Assembly (NCBI GenBank): GCA_000004985.1
Contig: GG739392.1
DNA: 1,535 bases
Direction: 5' to 3' (one strand)
From: Naegleria gruberi
Lineage: Eukaryota
Positions within the stretch are counted from its first letter, which is position 1. Every line of letters starts with the position of its first letter. Below are positions 1-1,535 of this stretch, piece after piece. A program made the position numbers and the translations under genes. The notes beneath the pieces are model-generated. The model was given only the letters and a program-made list of their open reading frames with translations, made no database searches and was not told where the DNA came from.

Positions 1-304
1 ACAATCTAATTTCAAATCTATTAGCAATACTATTGATGCTTTTTACTTAATTAGATTAATTATAATTTAATTATAGTAACTCTGGTATATTAACAATGTG
101 ACATCATTCAGCATGGTTAATATATTTACCAGTTAAAGTATAATTATTACAATGAATTAGTATTATACAATAAAGTTTATTTATATGAATTTCAACGTTG
201 TTCTTGTGTGAGTCAATATTGATTGAAAAAAGAAGTGAAAAGTGAGCCTTAAAAGATAACCCTTAACTAATTTAAAGACAGCACCCAACTTTTACTGTCC
301 ACTG

Positions 305-312
305 TATAAAAG
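305..312 (+). promoter_or_regulatory. TATA-box-like motif TATAAAAG (plus strand). No supported downstream plus-strand ORF.
   Basis: ctgTATAAAAGtt is read directly. Similar plus-strand TATAAATA motifs occur at 979..986 and 1076..1083. Given about 70% A+T, several TATAAA hexamers are expected by chance. No plus-strand ORF of meaningful length follows any of them. Confidence 0.15.
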
Positions 313-350
313 TTAATAAAAGTAGAGCCCCCTAACTTTAGTTTACACAT

Positions 351-377
351 AACTTTCACACCTAAGAAGTGAAAGTT
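351..377. repeat. Perfect 9-bp inverted repeat aactttcac / gtgaaagtt with a 9-nt spacer (potential hairpin) inside the repeat block
   Basis: aactttcac at 351..359 and gtgaaagtt at 369..377 are exact reverse complements. The spacer is acctaagaa at 360..368. Confidence 0.8.
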
Positions 378-435
378 GGAGCTGACTAAGCCACCAACTT
401 TTATGAATGCATTTCTTGGAAAATCAACATAAATT

Positions 436-714
436 TTACCCACATTTTAGAGTTCTAAGCAGGACCTCCACGCGCAGAGCAAACTTGTGATGAAGTGGTA
501 ACTCCATTACAATCAAACAATTCACAATTTCTTCCATAATAGGTGAAAATTCCACAACTCTATGAATACTAAGTGGAAAAAATCCAACTCTCTTGATGGT
601 GATATTAGATAAACCACTGCTACTACCACTTTGAACATTAGATGATGTACTTATACGCTTCTTCTTCTTCTTACTTCTCTTTGAATGAGATGAAGAGGAA
701 GCGAACGGGAGCAT
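436..714 (-). CDS. Candidate small Ser/Lys-rich basic protein (92 aa from the first in-frame ATG; hypothetical). The track ORF 436..747 is the same frame extended to a TTG right after a TAA stop.
   Basis: Seen in sequence: the minus frame is open from stop TAA (438..436) back to a TAA at 750..748. The first in-frame ATG is at 714..712, with A at -3. Product: MLPFASSSSHSKRSKKKKKRISTSSNVQSGSSSGLSNITIKRVGFFPLSIHRVVEFSPIMEEIVNCLIVMELPLHHKFALRVEVLLRTLKCG. It has a KRSKKKKKR NLS-like basic cluster and a Ser-rich low-complexity N-terminus. G+C is locally higher at about 440..480 and 600..720 than in the flanks. I recognise no protein family with confidence, and a chance ORF in this length range is not negligible. 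Confidence 0.35.
   Translation of the reverse strand: MLPFASSSSHSKRSKKKKKRISTSSNVQSGSSSGLSNITIKRVGFFPLSIHRVVEFSPIMEEIVNCLIVMELPLHHKFALRVEVLLRTLKCG
658..672. repeat. (CTT)5 / (AAG)5 trinucleotide microsatellite inside the candidate ORF, encoding the KKKKK run
   Basis: cttcttcttcttctt is read directly at 658..672. On the minus strand this is AAGAAGAAGAAGAAG, which encodes Lys5. Confidence 0.9.
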
Positions 715-1085
715 GATGGTTTTTAAGTGGATGATTGAGAAACCCAATTAAATACTCATGTTCATCAAATTATTTCACATTTTTTGAACAAGCCTTTGAA
801 AATCATTGTTCACTCATAATTATCACCAAATAAGAAATCTTTCATAATCTCCATTTTTGAGTGCGACTACATTACCACAAACAGTTCATGCAATAGCTTT
901 TCCTAACATTAAAGTTTATTTTTTCAATTCAATTTTTTCTTCATCTTGAGTTTGTTGTTGAAAACTAGACTAGTTACATATAAATAAACCCATTGCTGAT
1001 TCTCTAATCGTGTTTTATTGTTTTGGTGTGTTTGGGATTTTGAAATCTTGCAAATTATTCTGAGGTTATTCTTCATATAAATATG

Positions 1086-1125
1086 ATTCCTCACTTCATG
1101 ATATGAGGAGGAATTGATATCATGA
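1086..1125. repeat. Nested inverted repeats: attcctc/gaggaat (7 bp) flanking tcatgatat/atatcatga (9 bp perfect, 12-nt spacer). The second arm overlaps the tgatatca palindrome.
   Basis: tcatgatat at 1096..1104 and atatcatga at 1117..1125 are exact reverse complements. The spacer is gaggaggaattg. The arms attcctc (1086..1092) and gaggaat (1107..1113) also pair. Confidence 0.75.
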
Positions 1126-1319
1126 TTGTGTGGAAATGATGAGGAAAAATATGCATATTGTTAACTAGGTTAATAAGATAGTAAATTAAATACTGTAAAG
1201 GCATCCACACCAGGATCGATCTTCTAAACTAGTGGATTAAAACAAGGTCTTCTTATTTCGTTTACACAAATTGTTTCATATTTTACATCCATTGCAAAAA
1301 CATGCTATTTACCATTTGA

Positions 1320-1325
1320 TTTATT
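1320..1325 (-). terminator. Putative polyadenylation signal (AATAAA on the minus strand) for the gene ending at 1362
   Basis: Plus-strand TTTATT at 1320..1325 is AATAAA on the minus strand. It sits 37 nt 3' of the TGA stop of the partial CDS and is followed (in minus orientation) by T/A-rich sequence. Hexamers like this are common in AT-rich DNA, so the call is tentative. Confidence 0.3.
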
Positions 1326-1361
1326 CGTTATTAATTTGTTCTTCTTCGCGTCAGAATTACT

Positions 1362-1535
1362 TCAACCATTTTGCTCCTTTTTGAGGGATTCAATTTCCAA
1401 AACATAGCTTGACACTTGTTTAAGAATTGTTGAATGAGTCTCTGTATTGATAAATCTCATTAGGAAAGTTTGAATTTCAGAAATGGTGAGCTTTTGTAAA
1501 TCCACCTCCTTACTGAGAGATTGAGCCAATTCTTG
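1362..1535 (-). CDS. 3'-terminal part of a protein-coding gene (57 codons plus stop; 5' part outside the window). The C-terminus has an amphipathic two-helix pattern reminiscent of an atypical (non-basic) helix-loop-helix protein.
   Basis: Seen in sequence: reverse-complement translation from the window edge gives QELAQSLSKEVDLQKLTISEIQTFLMRFINTETHSTILKQVSSYVLEIESLKKEQNG*. There are no stops for 57 codons and TGA lies at 1364..1362. Segment ISEIQTFLMRFIN fits the helix-1 hydrophobic spacing (I-x-E-x-x-x-x-L-x-x-x-I). Segment HSTILKQVSSYVLEIESL fits the helix-2 signature (S-x-I-L-x-x-x-x-x-Y-V-x-x-L) seen in bHLH and PRE/IBH-type HLH proteins. No basic region precedes it. AATAAA lies 37 nt downstream at 1325..1320. 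The family assignment is inference only. Confidence 0.45.
   Translation of the reverse strand, partial: QELAQSLSKEVDLQKLTISEIQTFLMRFINTETHSTILKQVSSYVLEIESLKKEQNG

Larger units (their letters stand above)
228..410. repeat. Block of degenerate direct repeats (2 clear copies and 1 partial copy of an 'AAGAAGTGAAA(A)GT..GAGC ... CC(A)CCAACTTTTA' unit)
   Basis: aagaagtgaaaagtgagcc (230..248) matches aagaagtgaaagttggagc (364..382) at about 16 of 19 positions. agcacccaacttttact (280..296) matches agccaccaacttttatg (389..405) at 13 of 17. A partial third copy is aaaagtagagcc at 318..329, followed by ccctaacttta. The AACTTT/AAAGTT core recurs at 287, 334, 351, 372 and 397. Confidence 0.6.

Noticed and set aside
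228-410. Possible CRISPR-like array, considered because of the recurring about-19-bp direct repeats
   Set aside because: The repeats are degenerate (about 75-85% identity), the spacers are irregular in length (25-bp indel), the repeats themselves are A/G-rich low-complexity sequence, and the genomic context is eukaryotic.
436-714. Assignment of the candidate ORF to OVATE-family (EFSPIMEEIV resembles DFRxSMxEMI) or SAUR-family (MGF N-terminus) proteins
   Set aside because: The resemblance covers only a few residues. The remainder of the respective domains is absent or too short, and the SAUR-like 'MGF' exists only with the artefactual TTG start.
745-747. TTG start codon implied by the ORF track, giving a 103-aa protein beginning MGFSIIHLKTI
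   Set aside because: TTG directly follows a TAA stop and is only a start under a bacterial table. The sequence context is eukaryotic (plant-like), so the N-terminal 11 residues are not credible. The first ATG at 714..712 was used instead.
963-975. Palindromes aactagactagtt (963..975) and gatcgatc (1214..1221), flanked by atccac/gtggat at 1203..1238, and gttaactaggttaa (1160..1173)
   Set aside because: The arms are only 4-6 bp. Such dyads are expected by chance in 1.5 kb of AT-rich sequence. No supporting context such as a target-site duplication or a conserved motif is evident.
1082-1169. Short plus-strand ATG ORFs (for example 1082..1105, 1121..1138 and 1137..1169) downstream of the TATAAATA motifs
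   Set aside because: They are only 5-10 codons long. They are indistinguishable from chance in AT-rich DNA. At most they are uORF-like, and more likely they are nothing.
1-1535. MITE or other transposon insertion spanning part of the window
   Set aside because: No terminal inverted repeats of at least 10 bp with flanking target-site duplications were found by eye. Only the short internal hairpins listed above were seen. TE-library homology cannot be assessed without a search.

Overview
The window is AT-rich (roughly 70% A+T by eye) and looks like plant nuclear DNA, not a prokaryotic locus. I see no operon architecture, Shine-Dalgarno-type signals, CRISPR array, tRNA or rRNA. The supplied ORF (436..747, minus strand) starts at a TTG placed directly after a TAA stop. 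That start is an artefact of a bacterial start-codon table. Read with eukaryotic rules, the first ATG gives a 92-aa Ser/Lys-rich basic ORF at 436..714 (-). It is GC-enriched relative to its flanks and contains an (AAG)5 lysine run, so it is a plausible but unproven small nuclear-protein gene. The ORF track did not list a second reading frame on the minus strand: 1362..1535 runs open to the window edge for 57 codons and ends TGA at 1364..1362. Its residue pattern resembles helix 1, a short loop and helix 2 of an atypical non-basic HLH protein. An AATAAA signal lies 37 nt downstream of its stop. This is most likely the 3' end of a gene whose 5' part is outside the window. The rest of the window reads as intergenic or promoter DNA. 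It contains a block of degenerate direct repeats at 228..410 with an embedded 9-bp hairpin, a 9/9 inverted repeat at 1096..1125, several chance-level TATA-like motifs and a TAATTA-rich stretch at the 5' end. I see no evidence for a defence or mobile 'system'. The points worth checking are two candidate small regulatory-protein genes and a repeat block that may be a transposon relic or a cis-regulatory module.
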